Positions 30,705-43,637 of a stretch of DNA of 64,000 nucleotides are shown in pieces. How positions within the stretch are numbered: the first letter of the stretch is position 1; each line of letters opens with the position of its first letter. The position numbers and the translations under genes are program-made. The notes below the pieces were generated by a model. That model did not search any database. It had not been told where the DNA came from and saw only the letters and a program-made list of their open reading frames with translations. Source of the stretch: Acholeplasma sp. (GTDB taxonomy: Bacteria > Bacillota_I > Bacilli_A > Acholeplasmatales > UBA5453); NCBI GenBank assembly GCA_036677365.1, contig JAVBWN010000014.1, forward strand, positions 64,001 through 128,000. Reading direction: 5' to 3'.

Positions 30705-32978
30705 GTGATTGCAGAAGTGATGCTGGATTTAAAAACCAATCAAATTCAATCTGCTTATGACTATCTCATCCCCAACGATTTAGAGGGATTTTTAGTCGTT
30801 GGGATGCGTGTGGTCGTGCCCTTTGGTAACACAACCCGTGTCGGTTTAATTACAGACATTAAATCCAGTTCAACCGAAGCCACCAAAACCATTATTGAAC
30901 CCTTTGATTTGGATCCGTTCATCGATAAAGAACAACTCCATTTGATTGACTACTTAGAAAAACAAGCGTTGATTCCAAAACACTTGGCATATTATGAAGT
31001 CATCCCCAATGTGCTACAAATAGAATACAAGAAAACCATCCATGTGATTAAAAGAGAGGCTTTAAAACGACCATTATCCGAGCTTTTAACTGAAGACCAT
31101 ATGGTATTCAAAAAAACATGGATGAAACACTATAGCGCATTTAAAACAGCTGAATCGAAGAAAATCATCCACATTGAAACCACCTACGAACAAAAAAAAT
31201 CGATCCAAATGGTATCCACTTACATAGCAACAGATTTTAAACCAAAAACGCCTAAACAACAAGCGCTTTGGATGTTTTTATCGTCAGAACGAACCCTTGA
31301 AGAGGTCACAGCAGAAGGTTACACAAAAGCCATGCTGAAGACACTGGTTGAACAATCGTCTGTAATGACCAAAACCATCGAAAAAGTGTCCACACACAAA
31401 TCATGGATTGCCAAAGACCCTAAAATATTAACCATGGCACAAAATCAAGCCATAGAAGATATCGCTCAATCCTTCCAGAACTATCAAAGACACTTGTTAA
31501 AAGGGGTATCAGCATCTGGTAAAACCGAGGTATTTTTACAGTTGTGTCTGAAGTTGCAAAAAAAGGAACAACAAGCCCTGATCATTACTTTAGATGAGGC
31601 ATTGGTCACACAAATGGCAGAATATATATCGCCCTATTTAAGTGTATCCACCATCCATTCGGGTTTGACAGAGCAACAAAAATTAGATGCCTATCGTGCG
31701 GTTCAATTGGGCATTTCTCAAGTCTTGATCACCACACCTCTTGGCTTATTTACCCCGTTTAAATCGTTGGGTTTGATCATTGCTGATGAAGCACAAGACC
31801 GCATCTATTTAGACTTCGCCAAAAAGGTGCATGGCTTAGATGTTTTGGTTGAACGTGCTAAGTACCACAAAGTACCATTGGTATATGCATCTGCCACCCC
31901 ACCAGTACACCTTCTATATGACGCACAGATGGGTAAGCTCCACTGGATTGAACTGTCTGAGAAAGTCTATCAAACCGAGGATGAAGTGATTATCGTCGAT
32001 ATGAAAAAGGAGCTGGAAAACGGTAATTTTTCAATGTTGTCTAAAACGCTTCATGAGGCGATTAACCAAACTTTAAATAATAAACAACAAGTCTTGATTT
32101 TAGCCAATCGAAGTGGTTATGCACCTTATGTGATGTGCAGAAGTTGTGGCCATGTCCCCAGTTGTGAATATTGTGATACCCCACTCGTTTATCACAAAGA
32201 AAAACACAAATTGAAATGTCACCACTGCGGGTATAGCATCACACCTGTGTATGTGTGTAGTGCCTGTGGTAGTGAAAAGATTAAACCGGTGGGCATCGCG
32301 ATTGAACAAGTTGAATCTCATATGAAGATGGCATTTCCACGTGCAAGCGTCCGTCGCTTGGATGCCGATGCCACAGCCAAAAAAGGGGTATACTTGAATG
32401 CCATCCAGGCATTTAAGAATAAAGAGATTGATATATTAATTGGGACACAAATGATTTCTAAAGGTCACGATTTCGATATCCCTTTGGTAGGCATTCTATT
32501 GATCGATTCGATGTTGAAAGCACCTACCTATTTGGCCAATGAACGCACCTACCAGTTGATTAGACAAACGATGGGGCGAGCAGGACGAAAGCAACCAGGT
32601 TTATCCATCATTCAAACCTATCAACCAGACCATTTTGTCATGAAAACCATCCAAGATGAAACGGCCTTCTACGAACAAGAATTGAGTCGTAGGATGCTTG
32701 CAAAAAATCCGCCTTATACCCAATTACTCACGATGGTTTTCCGTAGTAAATCCTTGGGTTTAGCGGAAAAAACAATTCAGCGATTGAAACAAACCGTGCT
32801 GGCACGTTATTCACAATATGACGTCATCGGACCGAGTGAATACCAGCAAAATACCTACAAATTGATGATTAAAACCCAAAAACGTCAAGATTTAAGTACA
32901 CTGATTACGTGGATTAAACAGACGTTTGAAAATCCATCCTTATCGATCGCTTTTTATCGATACGACGATGAAGTTTAG
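30705..32978 (+). CDS. priA: Primosomal protein N' (replication restart helicase)
   Basis: RVVVPFG, GVSASGKTE, SATP, four CxxC, ILIGTQMISKGHDF, QTMGRAGR. Confidence 0.93.
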   Translation: MIAEVMLDLKTNQIQSAYDYLIPNDLEGFLVVGMRVVVPFGNTTRVGLITDIKSSSTEATKTIIEPFDLDPFIDKEQLHLIDYLEKQALIPKHLAYYEVIPNVLQIEYKKTIHVIKREALKRPLSELLTEDHMVFKKTWMKHYSAFKTAESKKIIHIETTYEQKKSIQMVSTYIATDFKPKTPKQQALWMFLSSERTLEEVTAEGYTKAMLKTLVEQSSVMTKTIEKVSTHKSWIAKDPKILTMAQNQAIEDIAQSFQNYQRHLLKGVSASGKTEVFLQLCLKLQKKEQQALIITLDEALVTQMAEYISPYLSVSTIHSGLTEQQKLDAYRAVQLGISQVLITTPLGLFTPFKSLGLIIADEAQDRIYLDFAKKVHGLDVLVERAKYHKVPLVYASATPPVHLLYDAQMGKLHWIELSEKVYQTEDEVIIVDMKKELENGNFSMLSKTLHEAINQTLNNKQQVLILANRSGYAPYVMCRSCGHVPSCEYCDTPLVYHKEKHKLKCHHCGYSITPVYVCSACGSEKIKPVGIAIEQVESHMKMAFPRASVRRLDADATAKKGVYLNAIQAFKNKEIDILIGTQMISKGHDFDIPLVGILLIDSMLKAPTYLANERTYQLIRQTMGRAGRKQPGLSIIQTYQPDHFVMKTIQDETAFYEQELSRRMLAKNPPYTQLLTMVFRSKSLGLAEKTIQRLKQTVLARYSQYDVIGPSEYQQNTYKLMIKTQKRQDLSTLITWIKQTFENPSLSIAFYRYDDEV

Positions 32979-32987
32979 GAGAAACAG

Positions 32988-33905
32988 ATGAATATAGTCT
33001 TTATGGGCACACCTGCTTATGCGGTACCTACATTAAAAATGTTACATGAAACCTATGGGGTGAAGCTCGTAGTAACACAACCCGATAAAAAAATGGGTCG
33101 AGCGGGTAAAGTTGAATTTTCACCCGTTAAACAATACGCTTTAGATAACCAGATCCCTCTATTTCAACCCATCAAAATGAAACTCGATTATGAACCTATT
33201 TTGGCAGTGAATCCAGACATCATCGTCACCGCTGCTTATGGTCAAATGATCCCTAAAGCTGTATTGGATGCTGCCATAGCGGTCAATTTACATGGTTCAA
33301 TATTACCAAAATATCGCGGTGGAGCCCCCGTCCAATATGCCATTAGACAAGGTGAGTTAGAAACTGGGGTTACCCTCATGTATATGGCTCAAAAAATGGA
33401 TTCCGGTGACATCATCGATGTGGAAAAACTCCCGATTGAATCGAGCGATACCACCGATACTTTAATGGGCAAAATGAGTCTTTTAGCAAAAGATTTGTTA
33501 GAAAAAAATATCCAAGACATCCTTTCTAAAAAGAACCCTCGATACCCACAAGATGAAACCCTAGTGACATTTGCTTATAATTTAAAACCTGAGGATGAAA
33601 TCTTAAATTTCAATCAGACCTATCGTCAAATCGATTGTCATTTAAGGTCGTTGTTATCACAACCGGGCGGGTCAATTTTTATTAACAATTCGCGGATTAA
33701 GGTGTATGAAATCGCAAAAAGTGATATAATATTAGACGGGGTCCCCGGTGAGATTTTAAGCGATAAAAAGCGATTGCTGATCCGTTGTTCTGACGCAGTC
33801 GTCGAATTGATTAAAATTCAACCTGAAAATAAGAAGGTCATGTTGGCAAAAGACTTTCTCAATGGGCAAAAACTATTCGTCAAAGGAGACAAAATAAGTC
33901 TATGA
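32988..33905 (+). CDS. fmt: Methionyl-tRNA formyltransferase
   Basis: IVFMGTP, VVTQPD, NLHGSILPKYRGGAP, MDSGD. Confidence 0.96.
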   Translation: MNIVFMGTPAYAVPTLKMLHETYGVKLVVTQPDKKMGRAGKVEFSPVKQYALDNQIPLFQPIKMKLDYEPILAVNPDIIVTAAYGQMIPKAVLDAAIAVNLHGSILPKYRGGAPVQYAIRQGELETGVTLMYMAQKMDSGDIIDVEKLPIESSDTTDTLMGKMSLLAKDLLEKNIQDILSKKNPRYPQDETLVTFAYNLKPEDEILNFNQTYRQIDCHLRSLLSQPGGSIFINNSRIKVYEIAKSDIILDGVPGEILSDKKRLLIRCSDAVVELIKIQPENKKVMLAKDFLNGQKLFVKGDKISL

Positions 33906-34453
33906 AGAAAAAAGTATTATTCAGTCGTGAAGAAATGACCAGACTGTGTGTGGAAGCACTCAAAAGTCGTGGCGTTTCCGTCGATGATATCGCAGAAATT
34001 GCGTACAAACAACAAGCGCGTTATACCGACAACATCAAGTTTGAAACGTGCAGACAATCGGTTTTAAAAGTATTGTCTTTAAGAGATATTTTCCACCATG
34101 TCTTGTTATCGGTAGAAATCGATAAATTGGTCGAAAAGAAAATGTTTTCTTCACCAATTCAAGACATCATTGAACAAGATTTGGGCTTATTTGGTGTCGA
34201 TGAAGTATTGGGGCTCGATGTGGCTAGACTCTATGGTGTCATTGGTATGACTAATTTTGGTGATATCGATGTCAATAAGCACGGGATTGTTAAAAAACTC
34301 AATGAAGATGGCAAAAAAGAAGGTATCGTGCATACATTCTTGGATGACATCGTTGGTGCCATCGCAGCCGCAGCATCCACACGTGTCGCTCAAGTCATCA
34401 ATGAGGACATTGCGCAAGAAGAACCACACAAACAAATGTCACTATTTGACTAA
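33902..34453 (+). CDS. Phosphatidylglycerophosphatase A-like (YutG)
   Basis: GVDEVL, YG.IG.TNFG.ID, HTFLDDIVGAIAAAA. Confidence 0.85.
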   Translation: MKKKVLFSREEMTRLCVEALKSRGVSVDDIAEIAYKQQARYTDNIKFETCRQSVLKVLSLRDIFHHVLLSVEIDKLVEKKMFSSPIQDIIEQDLGLFGVDEVLGLDVARLYGVIGMTNFGDIDVNKHGIVKKLNEDGKKEGIVHTFLDDIVGAIAAAASTRVAQVINEDIAQEEPHKQMSLFD

Positions 34454-34477
34454 TTCACTTTTTTTAGGGGGACAAGC

Positions 34478-35755
34478 GTGAAAAAGGATAAATTTAAGCA
34501 TTTAACCAAACACTTTTTTAGCCGCTTGTTTGGCTTTGAAGAAAATATCGATATCACCGACGATGTGATGGTTTTACACCGTAGAAATATCGTCATCAAA
34601 AATATCATCTTTCTATCGAATATCGTTTATTCGATCATATTATTCTTTATCGCAGCGGTAAACAACGAGCCATCTGACTGGCTCTTTTCTGCGTTATCCT
34701 TCCCATTTACGTTCTTTTTAAATAATGTCATCAATCGCTTAATATTTGGTGAACGACATGACAAAACCAAGCAAGAAGTTGCGATGTATGTAGAAGCGAT
34801 TTATATGTTTATATCCGCCATTTTGATTTATGCAAGACTTTATGGCAATTTCGAAACAGCGGCCTACATCCTCATCTATTATTCTGTGGTTGTCATCTCG
34901 CTGTATCAAAGTCGACGACTCATCATTTGGACATTCCAAGGGATGATTGCTGGGATTACCTTCATCCATTTTGTGTGGACCTACCAGTTGACACAACAAT
35001 ACCAAGGGATGGGTGTGATGGCGTTTTTAAAAGCATTCCTACCCACAGAAGAAGCCCAAGATTTTTACTTAAGAATCGTTTTATTTACCATTTTTATGGT
35101 GGTCATCTATTCGATTGTTTCGATGGGTGCCTATATGCAAGAAGAACGTAAAAAAGAACTCATGAAACGCCGTGAAGTTCAAACCGATTTTACCAACATC
35201 GTCACCGATTTATATTCAGTCGTGCTGTCATCAAAAAGAGCATTTTTAGACCGTCAGCACATCGATTTGGTATTAAAAATGAGTGGTAGACTTGGGGCAT
35301 ATTATGGTTTAAATACCAAGCAAATCGAGTATATTGAACAATACGCCACCATCCACATGCGTGCCCATGAAATTGAAGATTTGGTCCAAAAAGGGATTGA
35401 AACCGAAGATTATGAAAATTTAAAGAAGAAAACCACACTGGGTACGATGATTGCGAAAAGATTTCAACTGGCTCAAAAAGCCGAAGAAATCGCTCGCGCA
35501 CACATCGAAGGTGTGGCCAATGATAAGTTTGTCACAGAAATGCGCGCAATCCAACCACAAATCGAATCACAAGTTATTTTATTGGTGGATTTGTATGTAA
35601 CGATGCGCAGTTCTAAATCTTACAAAAGACCTTATCCGAATGCTGCAGTCATTCAATTATTCGAAAAAAGTTTCTATGTTTATTTTGAATCCACACTCGT
35701 TGAACGCTTCTTAAAATTCAAAACAGACTTCGAAAAAATTTACAATGAATATTGA
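34478..35755 (+). CDS. Multi-TM protein with degenerate HD-GYP-like C-terminal domain
   Basis: About 6 TM, coiled coil, then LVDLYVTMRSSKSYKRPY..F...LVERF resembling the HD-GYP C-terminus. Confidence 0.6.
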   Translation: MKKDKFKHLTKHFFSRLFGFEENIDITDDVMVLHRRNIVIKNIIFLSNIVYSIILFFIAAVNNEPSDWLFSALSFPFTFFLNNVINRLIFGERHDKTKQEVAMYVEAIYMFISAILIYARLYGNFETAAYILIYYSVVVISLYQSRRLIIWTFQGMIAGITFIHFVWTYQLTQQYQGMGVMAFLKAFLPTEEAQDFYLRIVLFTIFMVVIYSIVSMGAYMQEERKKELMKRREVQTDFTNIVTDLYSVVLSSKRAFLDRQHIDLVLKMSGRLGAYYGLNTKQIEYIEQYATIHMRAHEIEDLVQKGIETEDYENLKKKTTLGTMIAKRFQLAQKAEEIARAHIEGVANDKFVTEMRAIQPQIESQVILLVDLYVTMRSSKSYKRPYPNAAVIQLFEKSFYVYFESTLVERFLKFKTDFEKIYNEY

Positions 35756-35820
35756 TGTAAATACGCTTGCAAAAAGAATCCAGCATGTTATAATAGGTAT
35801 GCTTAATTAACTGAATCCAA

Positions 35821-35915
35821 TCTTATTAAGAGCTACGGAGGCGAGTCGCCTGTGAGGTAGCAGCAACCTGCACAAGCAAGGTGCTAATGACGAGGGGTAC
35901 AACCCAACAATGAGA
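35821..35915 (+). ncRNA. SAM-I (S-box) riboswitch aptamer
   Basis: P1 TCTTATT/AATGAGA, AAGAG, kink-turn P2, CAGCAACC..GGTGCT P3, P4; directly upstream of metK. Confidence 0.92.
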
Positions 35916-35921
35916 GATTAG

Positions 35922-35951
35922 AAACTCTTTTCGTTGGGAAAGAGTTTTTTT
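35922..35951 (+). terminator. Riboswitch expression-platform terminator
   Basis: AAACTCTTT...AAAGAGTTT followed by a T run; loop GTTGGG can pair with aptamer CCCAAC (antiterminator). Confidence 0.85.
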
Positions 35952-35972
35952 GATCTTTGGAGGTATATAATC

Positions 35973-37124
35973 ATGGAAAGAAAACTATTTACATCAGAAT
36001 CAGTTACCAGCGGACACCCAGATAAAATTTGTGACCGCTTATCCGATGCCATCTTAGATGCCATCTTAAAAGAAGACCCAGAAGCCAGAGTGGCATGCGA
36101 AACCGCGGTGACGACCGGGCTTGTTTTGGTGATGGGGGAAATCACCACAAAAACATATGTAGACATACAAACCATTGTGCGCAATACCGTCGCAAATATC
36201 GGTTATGACCGTGGTAAATATGGATTTGACGCTGAAAATTTAGCCGTTTTGGTTTCAATCAACAATCAATCCCCTGACATTGCGATGGGTGTCGATGAAT
36301 ACGACGGCCACGAACAAGGTGCCGGAGACCAAGGTTTGATGTTTGGTTTTGCTTGTGATGAAACCGAAAATTACATGCCACTACCGATTGAACTCGCACA
36401 CAAATTGGTCAGACGTTTGGACGAGGTTAGACATCAAAATACATTAGATTTCTTAAGACCGGATGGCAAAGCCCAAGTGACCATTGAATACGATGAAAAT
36501 AACCGCCCGGCTCGAATTGATACCGTGGTGGTATCATCACAACACGCCGATATCGACATTGAAATCGTCAGACAAGGCATTAAAAAAGAAGTCATCGATG
36601 CGGTATTACCAAAAGCCTTAGTGGATGAACATACCAAATTCATGATCAACCCAACGGGTAAGTTTGTCGTCGGTGGTCCTAAAGGGGACTCTGGTCTAAC
36701 AGGACGTAAAATCATCGTGGATACCTATGGTGGTTATGCCCGTCATGGGGGTGGGGCTTTCTCAGGTAAGGACCCATCTAAAGTCGACAGAAGTGCATCT
36801 TACATGGCAAGATATATTGCAAAAAATGTCGTAGCAAGTGGGATTGCTTCTAAGTGTGAAGTTCAATTGGCTTACGCAATTGGTGTGGCTAAACCCGTAT
36901 CGATTCGCATTGATACGTTTGGAACAGCTAAAGTTGCCGATGAAAAAATCACCGAAGTCATTCGTAAACATTTCGATGTCACCCCTAAAGGCATCATTAA
37001 AACCTTGGATTTAAAACGTCCGATTTATCAAAAAACCGCGAACTACGGCCATATGGGACGTAGTGACATCGAATTGCCGTGGGAACGTTTAGATAAGGTT
37101 GATTTCTTTAAGCATTTATTATAA
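35973..37124 (+). CDS. metK: S-adenosylmethionine synthetase
   Basis: [28 protein letters not shown]; start 35973. Confidence 0.98.
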   Translation: MERKLFTSESVTSGHPDKICDRLSDAILDAILKEDPEARVACETAVTTGLVLVMGEITTKTYVDIQTIVRNTVANIGYDRGKYGFDAENLAVLVSINNQSPDIAMGVDEYDGHEQGAGDQGLMFGFACDETENYMPLPIELAHKLVRRLDEVRHQNTLDFLRPDGKAQVTIEYDENNRPARIDTVVVSSQHADIDIEIVRQGIKKEVIDAVLPKALVDEHTKFMINPTGKFVVGGPKGDSGLTGRKIIVDTYGGYARHGGGAFSGKDPSKVDRSASYMARYIAKNVVASGIASKCEVQLAYAIGVAKPVSIRIDTFGTAKVADEKITEVIRKHFDVTPKGIIKTLDLKRPIYQKTANYGHMGRSDIELPWERLDKVDFFKHLL

Positions 37125-37142
37125 AATAAAGTAGGTGATTCT

Positions 37143-37979
37143 ATGGAATATAAAGACGTTTTAGCGACTTATGAAGCGAAGCGATTGGAGATGTATCAAG
37201 CTTACCAATCGAACATGAAAAAAGGTTTCTTGTTATTGATTGTGTTGGTGGGCATCTATTTTCTAGCGAAAGCTGGACAAATCGCGAGTGAATACCGTAA
37301 ACTCACCAAAGAAAAAATCATCAAAGCATTGATTCAATCACAGTATGAAGATGCAGAGTATTACCCAAAAGATTCCATTTCATTGGCTCACATCAATGGG
37401 TTGAACTTTTATCAAAGACCTGACCGTTTCCATGGGGAAGATTTGATGAGGGGTAAATACAAAGGCGTCCGATTTGCATGTTCAGACATTCACATGGAAG
37501 AACGCGTTGAACACCGCGACTCCAAAGGCAATGTAACCTACTCATACCAAACCATCTTTAAAGGCCGTTGGTATACCTTTGATTATGAACGTGATTTCAA
37601 TCAAATATTACAAGTCAAAGAAGGACGTTTCGTCGGTGCAGCCGCTAGAGGATTAAAGAAGTATGAAACCGAATCGGTGCAATTCAATAAAAAGTTTAAA
37701 GTATTCGCATCCGACGAACAATATGTATACTATCAACTCACCCCAGTATTGATCGAAAAAATATTGGAAATGGAAAACATGCATCGTGGGCATTATCAAA
37801 TGATGTATTATGGCAATCATTTGGATGTCGCTGTGTATGACTCATCCGATTCATTTGAATTAAAATTAAAAACACCGCTAACCATGGAAACCATTGGTCA
37901 CATCTTAAATGACATTGACATGCCAGCAGCCATCATCAATGAGTTCAAGTTGGATAGCGAAAAGTTTAAGAAACAATAG
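37143..37979 (+). CDS. DUF3137-like membrane protein
   Basis: N-terminal TM, EDL..G, TIFKG, ESVQFNKKFKVFASDE...LTP; typical neighbour of lemA. Confidence 0.75.
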   Translation: MEYKDVLATYEAKRLEMYQAYQSNMKKGFLLLIVLVGIYFLAKAGQIASEYRKLTKEKIIKALIQSQYEDAEYYPKDSISLAHINGLNFYQRPDRFHGEDLMRGKYKGVRFACSDIHMEERVEHRDSKGNVTYSYQTIFKGRWYTFDYERDFNQILQVKEGRFVGAAARGLKKYETESVQFNKKFKVFASDEQYVYYQLTPVLIEKILEMENMHRGHYQMMYYGNHLDVAVYDSSDSFELKLKTPLTMETIGHILNDIDMPAAIINEFKLDSEKFKKQ

Positions 37980-37991
37980 GAGGATTGAAAT

Positions 37992-38552
37992 ATGGACACA
38001 GGACTTATCGTTTTATTTGTGGTACTCGGTTTACTGTTGGTCATCGTATTATGGGTGATTGGCACCATCAATACCTTCAACAGACTTTTGGTTAAAGTCG
38101 ATGAAGCTGAATCTGGTATTGATGTCGCTTTAACAAAGCGTTTTGATTTATTGACTAAAATGGTTTCTGCTACCAAAGGTTATGCAGACCATGAAAGAAA
38201 GACTTTAGAATCCGTCGTTGCTATGCGTCAACCAGCGCACGGTGCACCGATTGGTGAAAAACAAGCGTTCGCGAATCAATTGTCAGAATCGATGGCACGC
38301 TTAAATGTGGTCGTGGAACAATACCCACAACTCAGAGCATCAGAAAACTTCGCTAAACTTCAAAGTGCAAGCACTGAAGTCGAAGAAAACCTACAAGCAG
38401 CTAGACGTGTTTACAACGCCAACGTTTCTTATTACAACCAAAAGATCGTGGTATTCCCAAGCTCGATGATTGCTAATTGGAAAGGTTTCACGAAACGCGA
38501 CTTCTTTGAAGCAGAAGCATCCAAACGTCAAGACGTTGAATTTAAATTCTAA
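37992..38552 (+). CDS. lemA: LemA family protein
   Basis: IDVALTKRFDL, EQYPQLRASENF, ARRVYN, VFPSSMIA. Confidence 0.93.
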   Translation: MDTGLIVLFVVLGLLLVIVLWVIGTINTFNRLLVKVDEAESGIDVALTKRFDLLTKMVSATKGYADHERKTLESVVAMRQPAHGAPIGEKQAFANQLSESMARLNVVVEQYPQLRASENFAKLQSASTEVEENLQAARRVYNANVSYYNQKIVVFPSSMIANWKGFTKRDFFEAEASKRQDVEFKF

Positions 38553-38557
38553 TCTAG

Positions 38558-38579
38558 AAAAACGCTTCGGCGTTTTTTT
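38558..38579 (+). terminator. Terminator after lemA
   Basis: AAAACGC-TTCG-GCGTTTT followed by a T run. Confidence 0.85.
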
Positions 38580-38664
38580 ATGTTAAAAAATGGGGTTTGG
38601 TTGTAATCCAACCCCATTTATAGTAATATACTATAGAGATATTAACCAAAGAGAGTGTGATTAG

Positions 38665-41157
<2,493 letters not shown>

Positions 41158-41162
41158 GCATT

Positions 41163-41187
41163 AAACACTCTTCGGAGTGTTTTTTTT
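41163..41187 (+). terminator. Terminator after secA
   Basis: AAACACTC-TTCG-GAGTGTTT followed by a T run. Confidence 0.85.
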
Positions 41188-41216
41188 CGATATAATGATA
41201 CTAGGAGGATATACTT

Positions 41217-41624
41217 ATGGATATCACAAATACATCAATTCAATCTTATATGGAACAATTACCGAAAGACCGATATGATGCCATCACCTATTTGATTAAC
41301 GAAATGAAACAAATCACCCAAAGGGAACCAAAACTCTGGGGGACCATCGTCGGTTTCGGTAAACTCTATTATAAATACAAAACAGGCAACGATGGTTATA
41401 TGCCCATCTTGGGGTTATCGAGCCGAAAACAAGCCATCACTTTGTACCTAACGTTTGATATCGAACAATACGCAGAATTGAATACATTGGGTAAATGTAC
41501 CTATGGTAAAGGTTGTTTATACATTAAAAAGTTATCGGATGTGGATTTAAACGTATTGAAGGTGCTGATGCAAAAAGCGTATGTGGATGCCTTAAAATAC
41601 GATTTCGTGACATTAATCGAATAA
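41217..41624 (+). CDS. DUF1801-family protein
   Basis: PKLWGTIVGFGKLYYKY, SSRKQAITLY, LGKCTYGKGCLYIKKLSDVD. Confidence 0.85.
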   Translation: MDITNTSIQSYMEQLPKDRYDAITYLINEMKQITQREPKLWGTIVGFGKLYYKYKTGNDGYMPILGLSSRKQAITLYLTFDIEQYAELNTLGKCTYGKGCLYIKKLSDVDLNVLKVLMQKAYVDALKYDFVTLIE

Positions 41625-41687
41625 CATATAACCGCTTTGTATGGTGAAAATCTTATAACTTTGTTATAATGGATTTGAGGTTATATT

Positions 41688-42779
41688 ATGGAACGATATG
41701 AATTAAATAAATACCTAGAGTCATTCGAAATACGCTTGGCGGATTTAGAAAAAGCACTCGATATGGACAATTTAAAACAAAAGTTTGAAGCCAACAGTCG
41801 CCAAATGTCCGCGGCTGATTTTTGGGATGATGTAAAATCAGCTCAAAAAATGATTGAAGTGACCAACCAACAAAAAGAACAAATCGATACATACGAATCG
41901 TTGTATCATCAATTTAAAACATTGGAAGAATTGGCACTCGTGACCGATGATCAATCTGAAGATTTTATCATGATTACAGATGAAGTCTATGTCTTAGATA
42001 AAGCATTGAAGTCTTTTGAAACATTGACGTTATTGAACGGACCTTACGATGATCTGCCAGCCATTTTAGAATTACATCCGGGGGCTGGTGGCACCGAGTC
42101 ACAAGACTGGTGTGAAATGCTTTACCGAATGTATCAACGTTATGCTGTGAGAAAAAACTACAAGATCGAAGTTTTAGACTATCAATCAGGCGAAGAAGCG
42201 GGCATCAAGAGTGTAACCATCCGTATCAAAGGCAAATACGCCTATGGTTATTTAAAGAGCGAACATGGGGTCCATCGCTTGGTTAGAATCTCACCATTTG
42301 ATTCCAATGCACGTCGTCACACCTCGTTTGTGAGCGTGGAAGTCATGCCGGAAATCGACCAAAGAATCGATATTCAAATCAAAGATGAAGACATTAAAAC
42401 CGATGTCTATCGAAGCAGTGGGGCTGGTGGACAAAGTGTCAATACCACCGACAGTGCGGTCCGTGTGACCCACTTACCGACAAACATCGTTGTCACCTGT
42501 CAAAATGAACGTAGTCAAATCAAAAATAAAGAAGTAGCGATGGAGATATTAAGGTCGAAACTCGCCGTTTTAGAAATTGAAAAACAAAGAAAATTATTGA
42601 ATGAAATTAAAGGGGAACAAAAAGACATTGGTTGGGGTTCACAAATCCGGTCTTATGTGTTCCACCCGTATCAAATGGTGAAAGACCATCGAACCGATTA
42701 TGAAACCAGCCAAACCACCGCGGTGATGGATGGTGAAATCGATGGTTTCATCAATGCCTATTTAAAGTCAGGTGATTAG
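41688..42779 (+). CDS. prfB: Peptide chain release factor 2 (no frameshift)
   Basis: GAGGTESQDW, SPF anticodon mimic, GGQ, WGSQIRSY. Confidence 0.97.
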   Translation: MERYELNKYLESFEIRLADLEKALDMDNLKQKFEANSRQMSAADFWDDVKSAQKMIEVTNQQKEQIDTYESLYHQFKTLEELALVTDDQSEDFIMITDEVYVLDKALKSFETLTLLNGPYDDLPAILELHPGAGGTESQDWCEMLYRMYQRYAVRKNYKIEVLDYQSGEEAGIKSVTIRIKGKYAYGYLKSEHGVHRLVRISPFDSNARRHTSFVSVEVMPEIDQRIDIQIKDEDIKTDVYRSSGAGGQSVNTTDSAVRVTHLPTNIVVTCQNERSQIKNKEVAMEILRSKLAVLEIEKQRKLLNEIKGEQKDIGWGSQIRSYVFHPYQMVKDHRTDYETSQTTAVMDGEIDGFINAYLKSGD

Positions 42780-43637
42780 ATGATCAAAAAAATCGCGTTT
42801 GAGTACGCACAAATTGCTTTTGGGGTTACCATCATGACCCTTGGTTTTTACTTTTTTCTACTCCCTGAAAACTTAGTTATTGGGGGCGTCATGGGTTTGG
42901 CTGTCATATTTAAAGCACAAATTAACCCATCGATTGTCGTATTCATATTGAATACATTCTTATTATTTTTAGGATTGTTCGTTTTAGGCAAACATTTTTT
43001 CTTAAAAACCATATTTGGTTCTTTGGCTTCTCCAATCATATTATTTATCCTTGAAACCATTGGTGCCAATGAGGCATGGATCATGAACCAATTGACTGAA
43101 TCGAAGCTTTTGATTGCAGCGGTGTCTGGGTCGATTTTGGTTGGTTCAGGGCTAGGTATCGTATTTAGATTTGGTGGCACCACCGGTGGTATGGATGTGC
43201 TTCAAAGCATCATCCATAAGAAACTGCACATCCCATATCAAATCATCTTTTATTTCACCGATGGTTTGGTCGTGGTTTTATCTTTGATATTCTTTAGAGA
43301 CATCGAATTATTTATATACGCAGTAGCAAGCGTATTCTTGATATCCATCATCGTGGACAATGTGTCCATTAAAGGTCGTGCGGGACAAACCATTTTTGTG
43401 ATTACGAAGAAACCAGATTTGATCAAACAAGCCATATACGACACCATTGATCGGGGTTGTACCTTGATTGATTCAGAAGGTGGATTCAGTGGGCATAAAA
43501 GTAAAATGGTCATTTGTACGATGCGCAATCGTGAAGTCAATAAAATGCGTTCTGTCATCGAACGGATTGACCCAGAAGCCTTCACCTTCATGACCGATAC
43601 GAAAGAGGCGGTTGGACGTGGATTTAGTAAAGAATAA
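42780..43637 (+). CDS. YitT-family membrane protein
   Basis: GGVMGL, GGTTGGMD, C-terminal RGCT..G, IDPEAF. Confidence 0.9.
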   Translation: MIKKIAFEYAQIAFGVTIMTLGFYFFLLPENLVIGGVMGLAVIFKAQINPSIVVFILNTFLLFLGLFVLGKHFFLKTIFGSLASPIILFILETIGANEAWIMNQLTESKLLIAAVSGSILVGSGLGIVFRFGGTTGGMDVLQSIIHKKLHIPYQIIFYFTDGLVVVLSLIFFRDIELFIYAVASVFLISIIVDNVSIKGRAGQTIFVITKKPDLIKQAIYDTIDRGCTLIDSEGGFSGHKSKMVICTMRNREVNKMRSVIERIDPEAFTFMTDTKEAVGRGFSKE

